A stretch of 64,000 bases of DNA from assembly GCA_951406725.2 (NCBI GenBank), contig OX597824.1, positions 95,170,001-95,234,000 of the forward strand. The letters run 5' to 3'. The notes beneath the pieces are model-generated. The model did not search any database. It was given only the letters and a program-made list of their open reading frames with translations, and was not told the DNA's origin. Below are positions 1 through 13,846 of the stretch, one piece after another. The position numbers were made by a program, and so were the translations under genes. The number at the start of each line of letters is the position of its first letter. The stretch's first letter is position 1. The DNA comes from Octopus vulgaris. Taxonomy: Eukaryota.

Positions 1-151
1 CCAGGGGGTATTTGATTTGTGTGCAATGAACCACCCTGTACTTGTGCAGGGTGTATTTGACCACTAGAAATTTGACTCTGGTGTTGCTGCTGCTGGTGTT
101 GTTGTTGTTGCTGGTGTTGTTGTTGTTGCTGGTGTTGTTGTTGTTGCTGGT

Positions 152-182
<31 letters not shown>

Positions 183-1334
183 TAATGTACTAGGTAACAT
201 CTGGCCATGGCTTGTTTTCAGAGCATTATTTTGCATATGACTGGGTGTCAACAAAGCATTATTAGGATTTACTGGGTTGACCATATGACCTAAATTCATC
301 GATCCCTCAATACAATGGCCAGAAGTAACAGAACTACTTGAGATATGACCCTGGTTCAACGAACTGGATTCCAGATGTCCAGAACTTACAGAACTAGATA
401 ATATATGACTTGGACTAACAGAAATGGGCCTCATCTGGCCAGCTTTCTTGGAACCAGCAACCATATGAATCACTGAACTGCTCGGCATTTGTCCAGCACT
501 CACAGAACTATTTGAAACCTGAGTTATGTTCATAGAGTTAATATCTGGTGTGGACTGTTGATAACTTTCCGTCGAAGTCACCCCTACCGGACTGTCATTA
601 CTATGAGATAACTGCATCGAATTTACTGGAGTTGAAAAACTTTTTGAAATAATCGTGGGTTCTGTTCCAGAATTTGAAAAGTTCGGAACAATAGAGCTAA
701 TGTTACTTGATGTTATTAGGCCAGATGGTTTTCCAAGACTCTGAGCAGAATATTTAGGACAAGGATTCATTAGCGGGTTTGTTGAACTTGTAGAACTAGC
801 AGAAGTTGTAGTGAACCCTATCTGACCTAATGTTGAACTGGGGAAACCAGCAGCGGTTTTACTATAAGTACTAGAAGCAGAGAGAATTTTAACAGAATTA
901 TTCTTTTTGGAGCTGGATGTTGGACTGAAAAATGGAACTTGATTACTTGTAGGAACTTTTTGGATACTATCAGAATAGGTAGGTCCTTTGAGGTTTCCAC
1001 AACTAGATAATGGTAAACTATTTGAACTGTTGGGTAATAAATAAGAGTTTACTGGATTAACATTAGGATAGTTATTTGCTGAGGACTGGGTTGGCATGTT
1101 GTAGTTTTTAGTAGATGGTACAGAAGCAGCTGTGCTCATGACCAAGGTTTCGGGCCAAGGAGGTGGAATTTGACAGCCAGGAACTGAATTCAAAGAACTA
1201 GAAGCAGTAGATGTCATATGAGCTTGAGACCACATATTTCTCACAGAATCTGGTTCAGTGTTGTTCATTTCTCTTGTACTGTAAGCTGTACTGTGGACTT
1301 GTATATTCCTGGGTTGCAAACCACTGTCCCCTGT
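1..1334 (-). CDS. Large internal coding exon of an unidentified Ser/Pro/Gln-rich, probably disordered protein; runs off the window's left edge
   Basis: Acceptor ctttttctttatctag at 1335-1350 (minus), then an uninterrupted phase-0 frame TGDSGLQPRNIQVHSTAYSTREMNNTEPD...QQQHQQQ...QIHPAQVQGGSLHTNQIPP of about 444 codons with no stop. The ORF track missed it because no stop codon falls inside the window. Confidence 0.85.
78..182 (-). repeat. Coding polyglutamine tract (about 35 codons) with regularly spaced His
   Basis: CAA/CAG run containing repeated CAC-CAG-CAA-CAA-CAA-CAA units, in frame with the exon. Confidence 0.9.
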
Positions 1335-2459
1335 CTAGATAAAGAAAAAGAAAATAACATATTAAAGGTGATAATTTTACTAAAATATTTAGCATTCATG
1401 CTTAAATGGAAAAATTAGTTTCCATAAATCTTCAAATCATAATTTTACAAGATAATCCATAAAAGTTTAAAATAGAATCATTTCTCAATAATGATGAACT
1501 AATCAAAACAATGTTACTGACAAAGAAAGGATATGAGTTTTTGACTGTGAAAAGGACACTGTTTATAGCTTTAAAAGGGACCTGAATACAAGATGGTAAG
1601 ACTAGTATGGTTAAAATGGGGGTTTAAAAATCCAATGTGGCTACACATCATAGGAACGAAAAAATACAGTTATAAAAAATACAGCAATAGAAGATCTATG
1701 CAACAAATCGCTGCATCTTTCAGATGGAGGTTGAAAGTCGTTTATTTGGTAATAAATGACTTTCTTCTGAAGACCATTTAGATTTGTGGTAACTGAAAAA
1801 AACCCCAAAAAAACTGCATCTCATCTAAAAACTAAAACTGGTTTAACAGACATTAAAATCCTATGTCCCATACTACTGTAAATGAAGAACATTTTAATCA
1901 ATGGATGTTTGTAAAATATCTGGTGGTGTTTTTTAATTAATTATGCAATGAATTCAGACTTATACTTATTTTTATCTTATTTGGCTGAATTGAAACTTGC
2001 CTAAAATTAAAGAAGTAAAATAGGATAAACATTGAATTTAGTAGGCTTAGAATATATCATCATCAGCATTTAATGTCTGTTTTCCATGCTGGCATGGGTT
2101 GAACAGTTTGACTGAAAACTGTTAAAGCTGGGGAGCTCCACCACGTTTCAATCTGATTTGGCAAGGTTTCTACAGCTGGATGGCCTTCCTAACGCCAACC
2201 ACTCCAAGATTGTAGTGGGTGCATTTAACGTGCCAATTACGAAACACCAGCATATATATATATATATATAATTAAGATTCAGTTGGATTAAATACTTAAA
2301 TTGAAGTGCCAAGCCAGTTTGGTATAGTCTGCACAGCTCCAAGGTAGGTGAACAGAATGTAAATAAGTAACAAATACCTGGACATCCTTCAATATACAAA
2401 GTGTATTTCATGCATTTAATATACTTTGTATATTGACCTGCCTAACTTACTTATTCTTA

Positions 2460-3620
2460 CATTTATAAGCAATATTCATTGTAAATCAGTAATTGGATTT
2501 CATTCTTAGGAGATTTTTCAAAAGCAATATTTAAACTTTGGCTATTGATTTTACAACCAATCAAAATTAATACATCAGTGTTTTTCCTCTCATATCGATG
2601 ATTAATTATGGATAAAATGGAATGGCCTGGTACTTTTTGATGTCCATTAGGCTATTTTGATGGTGCTAATGTTTACAACTTAATTTGTTTATTTATTTTA
2701 GACATCCTACAATCAAAATTTGATTATATAATCTGGGCCTGTACAGAGATGATGGTTAAATTTTAATCTGTAATAGGAATTGCAGTTAGTTAAATGGAAT
2801 TAGAAAATACTTCATTAACCCTTTTGTTATGATATTTCTAACCAAAATACATCCCTTATGTACTTCAATTACATTCTAAAATAATTGTGAATTTATACTG
2901 GTTTCATAAAACAACTCTTTGTTATTGCTGAATTAAAAAATCTTTTCAAGCACTTTATAAAATGTATTCATAAAGACTCTAATCACCCCACTACTATTCT
3001 GAGAAATTTGCTTAGAAATATCAGAAAATGAATTTCCAGAATATCTTCCAATAAGCAGTTTCACTAACAAAATTAAAAACAGACCCAGACAAAATACTTT
3101 TAATGATAACAGTACCAAGAGAATTACAGTCATGGTTTAACCCACCTATCAGTTTAAATGTTAGTTCTAATATTGGTTCTTCCTTTCTAAATTTAATTAG
3201 TAAACACTTTTCTACCAGCCATAAGTTTCATAAGATTTTTAATACAAATAATGTTAAGTTACAACTACACATACCATTTCACTACCCACTTAGTATGTAT
3301 CAATATAAGAACATTAGCATACCAATCACACAAGATTCTTTACCATATGCAACTACCATACTAGCAACACTTAGCCTATAAAAAGTAAATACCTTCAAAA
3401 GAAGCTGTTGAGTGTGCTAAAGTCCTGAGGATACTTTTATATTCATACATAACCATTTAGACATGATGATAGAAAAGACACAACAATGCTCTCCAAGTAC
3501 ATCTGGGATTTAAAGAATAAAAGTAGCTTTGATTACAATATTAATTCAGCAATAATTAAAACTATTCCTACACGTATCAATAGCTTTAAGAAGTACAAAA
3601 ATCTGATAACTTCTACAGCT
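2460..3620 (+). mobile_element. Decayed Penelope-like retroelement (RT and downstream region) with an internal inverted piece
   Basis: FDG..LFILDIL and GLYRDDG (2736-2756); WFNPPISLNVSSNIG..FLNLISKHF..HKFHKIFN.NNVKL; LSKYIWDLKNK; many frameshifts. Confidence 0.75.
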
Positions 3621-4261
3621 TTTAAATTCAAAACTGGAGTTGGTTCCCTCTTGCCTTTACCCAAATAAATTCATCTTATATAACTTTCACGTTGTCTACT
3701 GAATAATATTGTTCTAGCTTTTAAGAACTTTTGAACTTGTCACACATCTGTCCTTGTCTACAAATTTCCAGGTTTTGCTCATTATCATCACCTCTTTTAT
3801 ACCTTGCCTTACCACCTTTTGAAATTCCATCTCTAACATTGATCCACTACTCTCCCTTTGGCTTGCAGTTCCAACTCATATATACAAACACACCCTTACA
3901 GGCACCTTCCACTTGTGCTACCACACACTATACACAGCAATCATTACAAATCTCATATTTTAAATTTTCTAATTTTACTATACTCTCCTTAGTGTCATTA
4001 TATCTCCTTTATGTCTGATTTACATTATAAACCCTTGTATATCTTACTTCATCATATCCTTACACTCAAGCTTCAATATTTATATGTCAAAAGAAAAAAA
4101 AAAAATCCCAGGTCGGAGGTCTACTTGGAATAAAATGGGCTCAGTCAAGAAAGATGTAAATATGGAGTGCTGGATAAGTGGCAATGTTTGTATGAGGTAA
4201 AGAAACATTAACAGTGTGTCACATTAAATTCTACATTTTTTTCACCTTCAGTATTTCTTTA

Positions 4262-4294
<33 letters not shown>

Positions 4295-5217
4295 AACATG
4301 ACCTCACTCATCTTTCATAATACACACACACACACACACATCTGTATATGAAATTTGTTGAGGTAGACTTTCTACAGCCGGATGCTCTTTCTGATGCCAA
4401 CCTTCATGTGTTTTCCCACAAGGTGATGTTTTCTACTAATCCAGATACATCTCAACATGAGGTTGCAAATAAACAGCAAAGCTTGTATGACACTGTCGTT
4501 GTTAACGATGAATGTGTGAAAACACGGAAACAAAGAAATGCAAAGATTTGCTAGAAGAGGAACAGACTAGAGAAAGCCCAGAGAGCTTTTGTCTCTGTTG
4601 GTAGCAAAAGGTTTCTCCCTCAGAGTGAAAAGCAGATTGTATGATGCTTGTGTACAAACTGCAATGCTACATGGTAGAGAGACAAGGGCCCTGAAAGCTG
4701 AAGACATGAAAAGATTAGAAAGGAATGAAGCTTAGTATTCTCCATAGGAAATATAATGTAGGTGAGCAGGCGTGGCTGTGTGGTGAGAAGTTTCTTTCCC
4801 AACCACATGGTTTCCGGTTCAGTCCCATGGTCTTAAATTTTGGCACAAGGCCAACAATTTCAGAAGGAGGGGATTAGTTGATTACATTAACCCCAGAACT
4901 TGAGTGGTACTTTGTTTTATCAATCCTGAAGGGCAAACCTGACCTTGGCAGAATTTGAACTTAGAACATAAACAGCCAGAAGAAAAGCTGTTAAGCATTT
5001 TTCTCATGTGCAACAAATTCTGCCAGCTCATCAATTTTGGGCACAAGGCCAGCAATTCTGAGGGGACGACAAAGTTGATTACATCAACCCGAGTGCTCAA
5101 CTGGTATATATTTCACTGACCCCAAAAGGATGAAAGACAAAGTCAACCTTGGTGGAATTTGAACTCAGAACATAAAACCAGAAGAAATGCAGCTATGTAT
5201 TTAGCCAGCTCGTCACC

Positions 5218-5248
<31 letters not shown>

Positions 5249-6299
5249 GGGTTTCAAATTTTGCCACAGGGGCAGCAATTACATGGGATGGGTTAAGTCA
5301 ATTACATCACTGCCTGTGTTCAACTGGTATTTATTTTATCGACCCTGAAAGGAAGAAAGGCTAAGTTGATCTCAGTGGAATTTGAACTCAGAACGAAAAG
5401 ACAGATGAAATACCACGAAGCATTTTGCCTGCTGTGCTAATAATTCTACCACCTCGCCACCTTAATGACAATAATAATCCTTTCTGTTATAGGTACAAGG
5501 CCTGAAACTTGGGGCGAGGGGGCTAGTCGATTACAATGACCCCAGTACATAACTGGTACTTACTTTATCGAACCCAAAAGGATGAAAGGCGAAGTCGACT
5601 TTGGCAGAATTTGAACCCAGAATGTAAGGACGGATGAAATACAGCTAAGTATTTTGCCCGGCGTGCAAACAATTCTGTCGGCTTGCCACCCTAATAAAAA
5701 TAATAATGATCCTTTCTACTAAAAGCACAAGGTCTGAAATTTTGGGGAATTACATTGTCGATTACATTGACCCCAGTACTCAACTGGTACTTATTCGACC
5801 CTGAAAGGATGAAAGGCGAAGTCGAACATGGTGGAATTTGAACTCAAAATGTAAGGATGGATGAAATGCCGCAAAGCATTTTGCCTTGCATGCTAATGAT
5901 TCTGCCAGCTCACTACCACATGAATAATTATAATAATGACATCAATAATGATGATATCAGTTTGTGGTCTAAACACCTCCAACTGCCCAGCTATACCATT
6001 GTTGCTAGAACCATCACCATTCAACTGTGACCACTCCTGCCACCACTGCCTCCTTTACTGTTACTATCTCCAATTATACCTCTTCACCACAACCTTCAAC
6101 CCTAGCAGCTTCTTCTACACCATAATCACCATACACAGCAACACTAAACCCACCTTTATTACCTCTTCACACATCACCACCATCAACAGCTATCCATCAC
6201 CTCAGACAGGTTACCTGGACCAAAACCACTCTTTCTCTACAAGCATTCCTGTCTTCTATTTGTAACTCTACATCACAAGAGAGTTGGTCAATGTACGTC

Positions 6300-6610
6300 A
6301 TTCTGGGTCAACTGACACGAGAATTCTCATGGCTTGGAACCCACAGAAGGAGCTCACTCGCTAATTCATCTCCGATCCGATAGCAGTCACCAGCAAATCT
6401 TGTCCTCTGCTCTCAAAGGATTGATATTATGTTGTGGACATTGTTTCCATGATCTATTGAGAACAGCATGAAACATATGTGTGTAGGTCCCAAGAAGCTT
6501 GCTATCTTTTTGTCAGAATTCATACTGACGAACCATACAGAACTGATTCTCCTATAGATCTGAAGAATTCCCTTTTCAAATGGTGTAGACTTCCAAATTA
6601 TTCTTCATTT
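6300..6610 (-). mobile_element. Decayed RTE-like non-LTR retrotransposon, 3' coding fragment
   Basis: Broken frames give IWKS..EFFRS..ESVLYGS, AVLNRSWKQ, RFAGDCYR..DELASELLLW. Confidence 0.6.
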
Positions 6611-8481
6611 TTTTTTTTTTGTGTGCTCCATGCTTTTGCTAAGTGGATTGATATACTTTTTTTGGTGGATGAATTATTTCTTCAGAGATAAGTGAAACAT
6701 TTGACTTCCTTCAGAGGTGTACCAGGTAACAAGTTGATCTACCCAGAACATCAAACTCTCCCCTTTGGGATGCCATTACAAGCTCATCCACACAATCTAC
6801 ACAAACCACCCAGGATATCTTCCGCCACCCCATTTCTAAGTCTGTATATCTGTGTTTCTACCTGGGTTCTCTATATACCTTAAATAATTACATACTACTA
6901 AGAAATATATTGTGTTGAAAGCAAAATTTGTGAATTAAACTTGCTAATACTTGGTCTTTGAGTTTGTTATTCTAAGTTGCCTGAGTATCTTTATATGAAG
7001 CTGCCATCATCATCATCGTTGTTTAACGCCTGTTTTCCATGCTAGCATGGGTTGGACAGTTCAACCGGGGTCGGGGAAGCCAGGAGGCTGCACCAGGCTC
7101 CAGTCTGATCTGGCAGTGTTTCTACAGCTGGATGCCCTTCCTAACGCCAGCCACTCCGTGAGTGTAGTGGTTGCTTTTTATGTGCCAGGGGAGGCTGGCA
7201 GTGGCCACGATCGGTTGGTGCTTTTTACGTGCCACCGGCACGGAAGCCAGTCAAGGCGGCGCTGGCATTGGCCACGTTCGGACGGTGCTTTTTATGTGCC
7301 ACTGTCACGGACGCCAGTCATGGCGGCGCTGGCATCGGCCACATTTGGATGGTGCTTTTTACATGCCACTAGCACGGGTATCACAACTACAATTTCCATT
7401 TGATTTTTATTTTGATGTTGATGTACTTGACTCAATAGGTCTCCTTAAGCACAGCCCTGGGGAATATATATGCATACACACACACACACATATGGATATA
7501 TATATATATACACACATACACATACATGTCCATACCAATACAGCCTCTCTCTTGTACACAGCACATGTTATACACAGTATTTGCCAATTTTATTCATGCT
7601 CTACTATCCATGCATGTTAACATTACATATTCAATGGAGCATACTAACCTCATTTCTTTCCAGTTTTAGTTTTTGCAAGTTTTCTGCATTCAAGGCCCAT
7701 GTCTCACTACCATAATTCTAACTTAAGCATCAATCTACCTTTCATTCTGACAAAAAAATGGCTTTAGTTGCCAGTAGATGTAATTGTGCTTTGCACTTTC
7801 CCAAAACCCTTTCTTACTCTACCTACCCTACTTACTGAAAAACCACCTCCCCTGCTCATGTCAGTTCCGTAACAGATGCTATTAACTATTTCTTGTGAAC
7901 CTGCCAAGCATTTAAGAAAGTCCATTACCAGTGAGCTCATCGTGTGTATACCTATTTCTTTACTACCCACAAGGGGCTAAACATAGAGAGGACAAACAAG
8001 GACAGACAAACAGATTAAGTGGATTACATCAACCCCAGTGCGTAACTGGTACTTAATTTATTGACCTGAAAGGATGAAAGGCAAAGTCAACCTCAGCAGA
8101 ATTTGAACTCAGAACGTAACGGCAGATGAAATACGGTTACGCATTTTGCCCGGCGTGCTAACGTTTCTGCCAGCTCGCCGCCGTATACCATATACGAAGC
8201 ATAATGCCATCTGTTTCTTGCCCCTGTGATTCCACTACATTTTATGAGTATCCTTAACTTAGAGTCTATCAGGCAAAGCAATTTTCCTGATAACACCAAG
8301 GCCCTGTCTTCTTTATTTTCTGCGATCTGTAGTTTTAGGAGAGTTTTATCTATTAAAACCTTTTGATTCAGATTTTGGTTATATGCCTGTATGCATGTGT
8401 ACACACACAAGTGCATGTGGTTTAAATTATTTATGTACACATATATATATATCCACAAAAAATTATACATACATGTATATA

Positions 8482-8517
<36 letters not shown>

Positions 8518-9225
8518 TCTGTAAAGTGGTTGGCATTCGGAAGGGCATTCAGCTGCAGAAACCATGCAAAAACAGATGACTGGGGTCAGGTGCCACTCTC
8601 TGGCTTGCCAATTCCTGCCAAACTGTCCAACCCATGCCAGCATGGAAAACAAACATTAAATGATGATGATACACGTTCATTCATAAATACATCAATGAAC
8701 CTATGAAAACACCCACCCACCCTTTGCCATACACATACATTTCTCCCTTCCTTTCACCAGATTCTCACATCACCCATGTTCACTCTTCCCCACCAGTGTG
8801 TATTACCCAACCCGTATATATATATAAAGTACATACTAGATACCACAAGATACCATTAGTTGATATCCTAAAATATGTGAATGCGTGTGTGTGTGTGTAT
8901 GGTGGATAGTAAGATGTGAAAGGACATAAGGTAATACAATAAGTGCTCAGGTCAAATCAGTGCCTAAACTCCGTTAAGTGTAGGGATGCAGGAGATGCCT
9001 AGATAAGCTGATGAAGGTAGAATATAATTGAACAGAAGCATAAACAGGCAATCACCAGGTACCAGACCAATTTATATTCACATATTACGGAGATGTACTT
9101 GCATAGCAAGTGACTTGATCTGAGATCATGTGCTGAAACAAAAACAATTGCAGCATGGAAGGTGTTTATAAGCCATTTAAAAACACACAAAAAACTGTTA
9201 GGTTCACATCAACATTTAAATTTAA

Positions 9226-9276
9226 TTTGTCAAAATATTTTCATTGATTTGAAACTGCAACCTGTTCACTGACAAA
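9226..9276 (-). ncRNA. Second copy of the G3-C8 hammerhead motif (stem II decayed)
   Basis: Same stem I, GUGAACA core and AAUAUU stem III as the 20501 copy, inside the same approximately 200-bp repeat (9085-9285 vs 20360-20560). Confidence 0.45.
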
Positions 9277-12116
9277 ATTTCGTGCAACATGAGATAATTA
9301 TGTCCAATTACTTCAGGTCGGGTAACCATGTATTTCCATCTTCATTCCTGATCTCTCTCTCTCCGGCCGGATAACCTTGTACCTTCTCTACAGCAAGACA
9401 CCTGTTTGTGTCTCTCAGTCTCACTATAACCTTTCATCATCCAAGATCACCTCCTCCAATGCACCCTCCCACTCTTAATTTTTTTTTTGTCTTGCAAGTA
9501 CTTGGTGACCCTGTCAGTGCAGTGCCACTTCAAAGCACTGTCGACACTGTAAAGTGGTTGGTGTTCAGAAGGGCATCCAGCTGCAGAAACTGTGCCAAAA
9601 CTGACTTCACCTGTGCTTGTGCCATATAAAGATAGACAAATATAAGACTAGACGGATATACAAATAGACAGAAATCTATATACCAATATATATCAAATTA
9701 GGTACAAACAAATCCTTGGATAATCATATACATGAGCATCATCATTATCATGCTTTCATGTCTACTTTCCATGCTGGTAGGAGCTGGAGGGGCTTCCACG
9801 GACTGAGTTGGTTCTTTTCACAGGAGCTGCTCTTTTTAGACAAAAGGATCACATTTTGCAGTTTCATTTTACTTGCTTTTTTTATTATTTTGTTGTATTT
9901 CTTTGGCTGGATGTTCTTCCTAGAACCAATCCTCCACTGCACTTAACATTGCATTAAGTGTGTTTCATTATGGCACCAACACAAGAGGTTGACATGCCCT
10001 CAACAAGACTAAATATAGTTTTCAAAACACTCGTCAACCTCTTTATAGAGTGTACTAGGTTCATTTTATTATGATTTTGTGAGTGAATTTGGTAGACAGA
10101 AACTGAAAGAAGAAGCCTGTCATGAGTGTGTGTACATATATGTATGTATCATCATCATCGTTTAACATCCGTTTTCCATGCTAGCATGGGTTGGACAGTT
10201 TGACCAGGGTCTGGGAAACCAGGAGGCTGCACCAGGCTCCAGTCTGATCTGGCAGTGTTTCTACAGCTGGATGCCCTTCCTAATGCCAACCACTCTGTGA
10301 GTGTAATGGGTGCTTTTTATGTGCCACTGGCACAGGTGCCAGGGGAGGCTGGCAAACGGCCACATTCAGTTGGTGCTTTTTACATGCCACCAGCACGGAA
10401 GCCAGTCAAGGCGGCGCTGGCATCAGCCACATACGGGTGGTGCTTTTTACGTGCCACCGGCACAGGTATCACAACTACAATTTCCATTTGATTTTTTTTT
10501 TTTGATGATGATGTACTTGACTCAATAGGTCTCCTCAAACACAGCAGGTCGCCCTACAATCCAAGGTAATCACAGCAGGCTGTCCTGCAATCCAAGGCAC
10601 TTTGGATGGGCTGGGGCTTCTATGTGAAGCTGTTGCAGGAAACAGCCATGAACTCACATTATTTGTCGGGTCTTATCATGTATGTATGTATGTAAATGTG
10701 TGCGTTAGGATGTACCTTTGTTGTGACATTATGTAATGGTTGTAAGGGAGCTTCACCCTCACATAATTGACGTTATTCATTCCTCATCTTTTGTTAAAAA
10801 TATGTTTAACTATGGGGAAATATTACCTTGCTTGAGAACTGGTGAAGGTTGGTGACAGGAAGAGCATCTGGCCATAGAATAAAAAAATCTGCCTCATCAA
10901 ATTCCATCCGAACCGTGCAACCATGGAAAAGTGGACGTTTTGTGACGATGGTGAGGAATAAAAGTTGTTGGTAATCTACAAAGTGGTCAACATCCTCATC
11001 ATCGTTTTAACAATCCGCTTTTCCACACTCGCACAGGCTGGACAGAGTTTACTGTGGCAGATTCTCTTACAGCCCTCCAGTAAGGTATTATTCCCCCATG
11101 GCCAAACATATTTACACAAAATACTGAAAAAGAATGGCACTACCTGCTGGAAAGTGACACTCAATTACAACCATGACGCAATGCCCAAACTAAAAGACAC
11201 GCGCACACATCTCTCTCTCTCTTGATATATATATATATATTTCTCTCCTTGTTTCTTTCTTTGGAAGAGCGTAGGCTCGAAACGTAGAGGACTTTTTTTA
11301 ATTCCCGAGCGTTATACTAACACATCTGTTTGTTTTCTACACCACCTGTCTTCGTCTTTTGTTTTTTTTTCGTAAACTCTCCCTATATATACATATATAT
11401 ATTTATATCGTTTGTAAAAAAACATAAATTCAGAGAAGCTACAGAGAAGATGTAGAGCAGTTTATATTTTAATGAAGAATGCCGGTTTCTGAGATTACCC
11501 TGGGTTTCCCCGTCCATAAAGGCTTTTTAGGTCCATGGAGTATCGTCAGACACCAAAACCTGTTGGCCTAAGACCTCACACGGTGGGCTTCTCTCAGCTA
11601 CCGTCCACCAAATGCACAAAGGTATCTCGAAGCAGGGCTGAACTTGTAACCATGTGGTTGGGAAGCGAACATCTTAGCCACGCGGGCACATCGGCATCCC
11701 TTGACAGTTTCATCGAAATCAACGCGTGAAGGACCAGAATACCATAAACAAACAAGTGTTGAAGACGGAACGGCACATGGTCAAAGAGTACTGCCTCAAT
11801 AAGTCTCTCGTTCAACCCATACCAGCATGGGAAAAATGGATGCAAAGATGATGACGATGGTCACACACATTTCTATTTTTAATTATATATATAAACACAC
11901 CACTTTTATACACAGTATATATTAAATAATTTTTCCTTTTTTATATAGATCCTTTTGGTGAGCGCTTACTCAGTATTTTGTTGTAAATAACATATCTTAA
12001 ATATATGAAAATAAGTTATATGATCCACAACGGTTGCAAAACTCGGAGTAACCGAGTTTAATCTCAGCATCACAATGAATTTGTACATGTAATATATATA
12101 TATATACATTTATTTA

Positions 12117-12392
12117 ATATATATATACACACGGATGCTACATAATTATATACACATACGGAAATGTGCACAAGCATGGATATATAATATATATATACAC
12201 ACACGGATGCTACATAATTATATACACATACGGAAATGTGCACAAGTATGGATATATAATATATATATACACACGAATGCTATATAATTATATACACATA
12301 CGGAAATGTGCACAAGCATGGATATATAATATATATATACACACGGATGCTATATAATTATATACACATACGGAAAAGTGCACAAGCATATT
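12117..12392. repeat. Minisatellite, about 70-bp unit x4
   Basis: acacggatgctacataattatatacacatacggaaatgtgcacaagcatggatatataatat repeated. Confidence 0.9.
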
Positions 12393-13729
12393 ACTATTAT
12401 ATATATATATATACAATCACACTTCTATGTAGTTTCAAAAAGCATATTATTTCATATTCCTATATACATACACACACACTCATCTAAGTAAACTGTATCC
12501 GAGAAAAATTATCCCATTGTAATTAGAATTTCAGCAAATATATATTTATATATAAATACAAGATGAAACAGAAAAAAACAAAAAATAAATAAATAAAACA
12601 ATTCTTTCTTCAAAGGTAAATATTTACTGTGTAAAAATAGAACAGCGATTACACAAACAAAGAAAGAAACAACAACAATAATATTAAAATTAGTTGAAAG
12701 CTGGAAACGAAAGAAATAATTTGGGGGAGAAAAAATGGGAAAAAAAATTAAGAAAAAAGAAAATGGGGAAAAAAAAAAAAACGTAACCTAATAAAATAAG
12801 AAACCATTGTGCGAGGTTCCTATGATTGATTAAAGAACACATATATGTATATATTTATGGTTAATCGATAGTGGGGGAATATATAATCGATAGATCGCCT
12901 TCTGCCGGATGAGATATTGTTTAATATTGCATTATTTCGAGGTGGATTTTAATGGTTTTTCGCCAGCGAAAGCAGTTAATTGAGTTGGACCCCCTCCGCC
13001 TCTTCACTCAAGATTAAGAGTCTCCCTAACAAAGCATAATATTTTGAAAAAAAGAAATAGGGTCCACCCTCGTACTGTTGATTTCCTGACTGTCAGCGAG
13101 ATCACCAAGCGATCGCCTTGCACAGTAAATGTTATCAATGGCATGGAGATATAAAGAAGCGACAAGCCATAACCGTGCAGAGAAAATAAACGACCAGCAA
13201 GAAATTAACAAAATGATCGAGAGCGGGTTTAATATGTCGTCAACGAATAAAAGAAGCAGGAGATAGGAATATATATAGATATATCCTGCTTGTTTCCCAG
13301 TTTCATTGACCGATTTTACTTGTTTATTTATTCGTTTCTCTAACTTGGTGTCGTAGTTTTTTGTAAATCAACAAAAACAAGCGAGGAAAAAAGGGGAAAA
13401 TGTATGATATTTGGTGAATAAGGTGCATCAGTGTAGTGGCGTGGGTGGAATTTTGGCTGCAACCATCGAGATCTGGAGACAAAATCTAAAGAAATCGGTT
13501 TAAATTTAACATAGATTTTACAATTAAAACATCCACCTTCGACAAAGCGACAATAAATTCACGATTTAATAAAGAAATGCGAGAAATGTTTTGAGCAAAG
13601 AGGAAGAATTTGTTGTTGGCTTTGATCAAACAATAAGTAACTGAAACCACCGAAACAAAATCGAACGTAGAGCGCAGATTTAGAAATAGTAGCGAAGGAG
13701 ACAAAAATGCATGTGTTTATTGCACTAAC

Positions 13730-13846
13730 CTTTTTCATCTGGGAAAGAGCGAGCTGGTCGTTGTTTTTAGCTGTACATTGTTCGCTTAAGTCGGCTTCCA
13801 ATGAACCCGAAAACGACGAGTCCTCTCTTGGCTCATTCGAGGCCAT
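13730..13846 (-). CDS. Probable first coding exon of the same gene (MASNEPREDSSFSGSLEADLSEQCTAKNNDQLALSQMKK)
   Basis: Strong start context acaATGg; AAG|gttagt donor at 13724-13729; phase 0 matches the phase-0 exon starting at 1334; lies in a CpG-rich, repeat-free block. Confidence 0.65.

Noticed and set aside
7047-7620. ORFs of 118-149 aa, and similar ones at 10255, 35619-36224, 39442, 42199, 51409, 55344 and 61998
   Set aside because: They recur as near-identical peptides (FLQLDALPNANH, VSVYQIHSQGFG) because they are translations of SINE copies and microsatellites
8190-8385. Possible extra exon of the left gene (KVLIDKTLLKLQIAENKEDRALVL...)
   Set aside because: No convincing acceptor/donor pair, embedded between repeats, and no recognisable domain
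13559-13729. Distal part of the 95-aa ORF at 13559-13846
   Set aside because: It lies beyond a strong AAG|gttagt donor and is best read as intron
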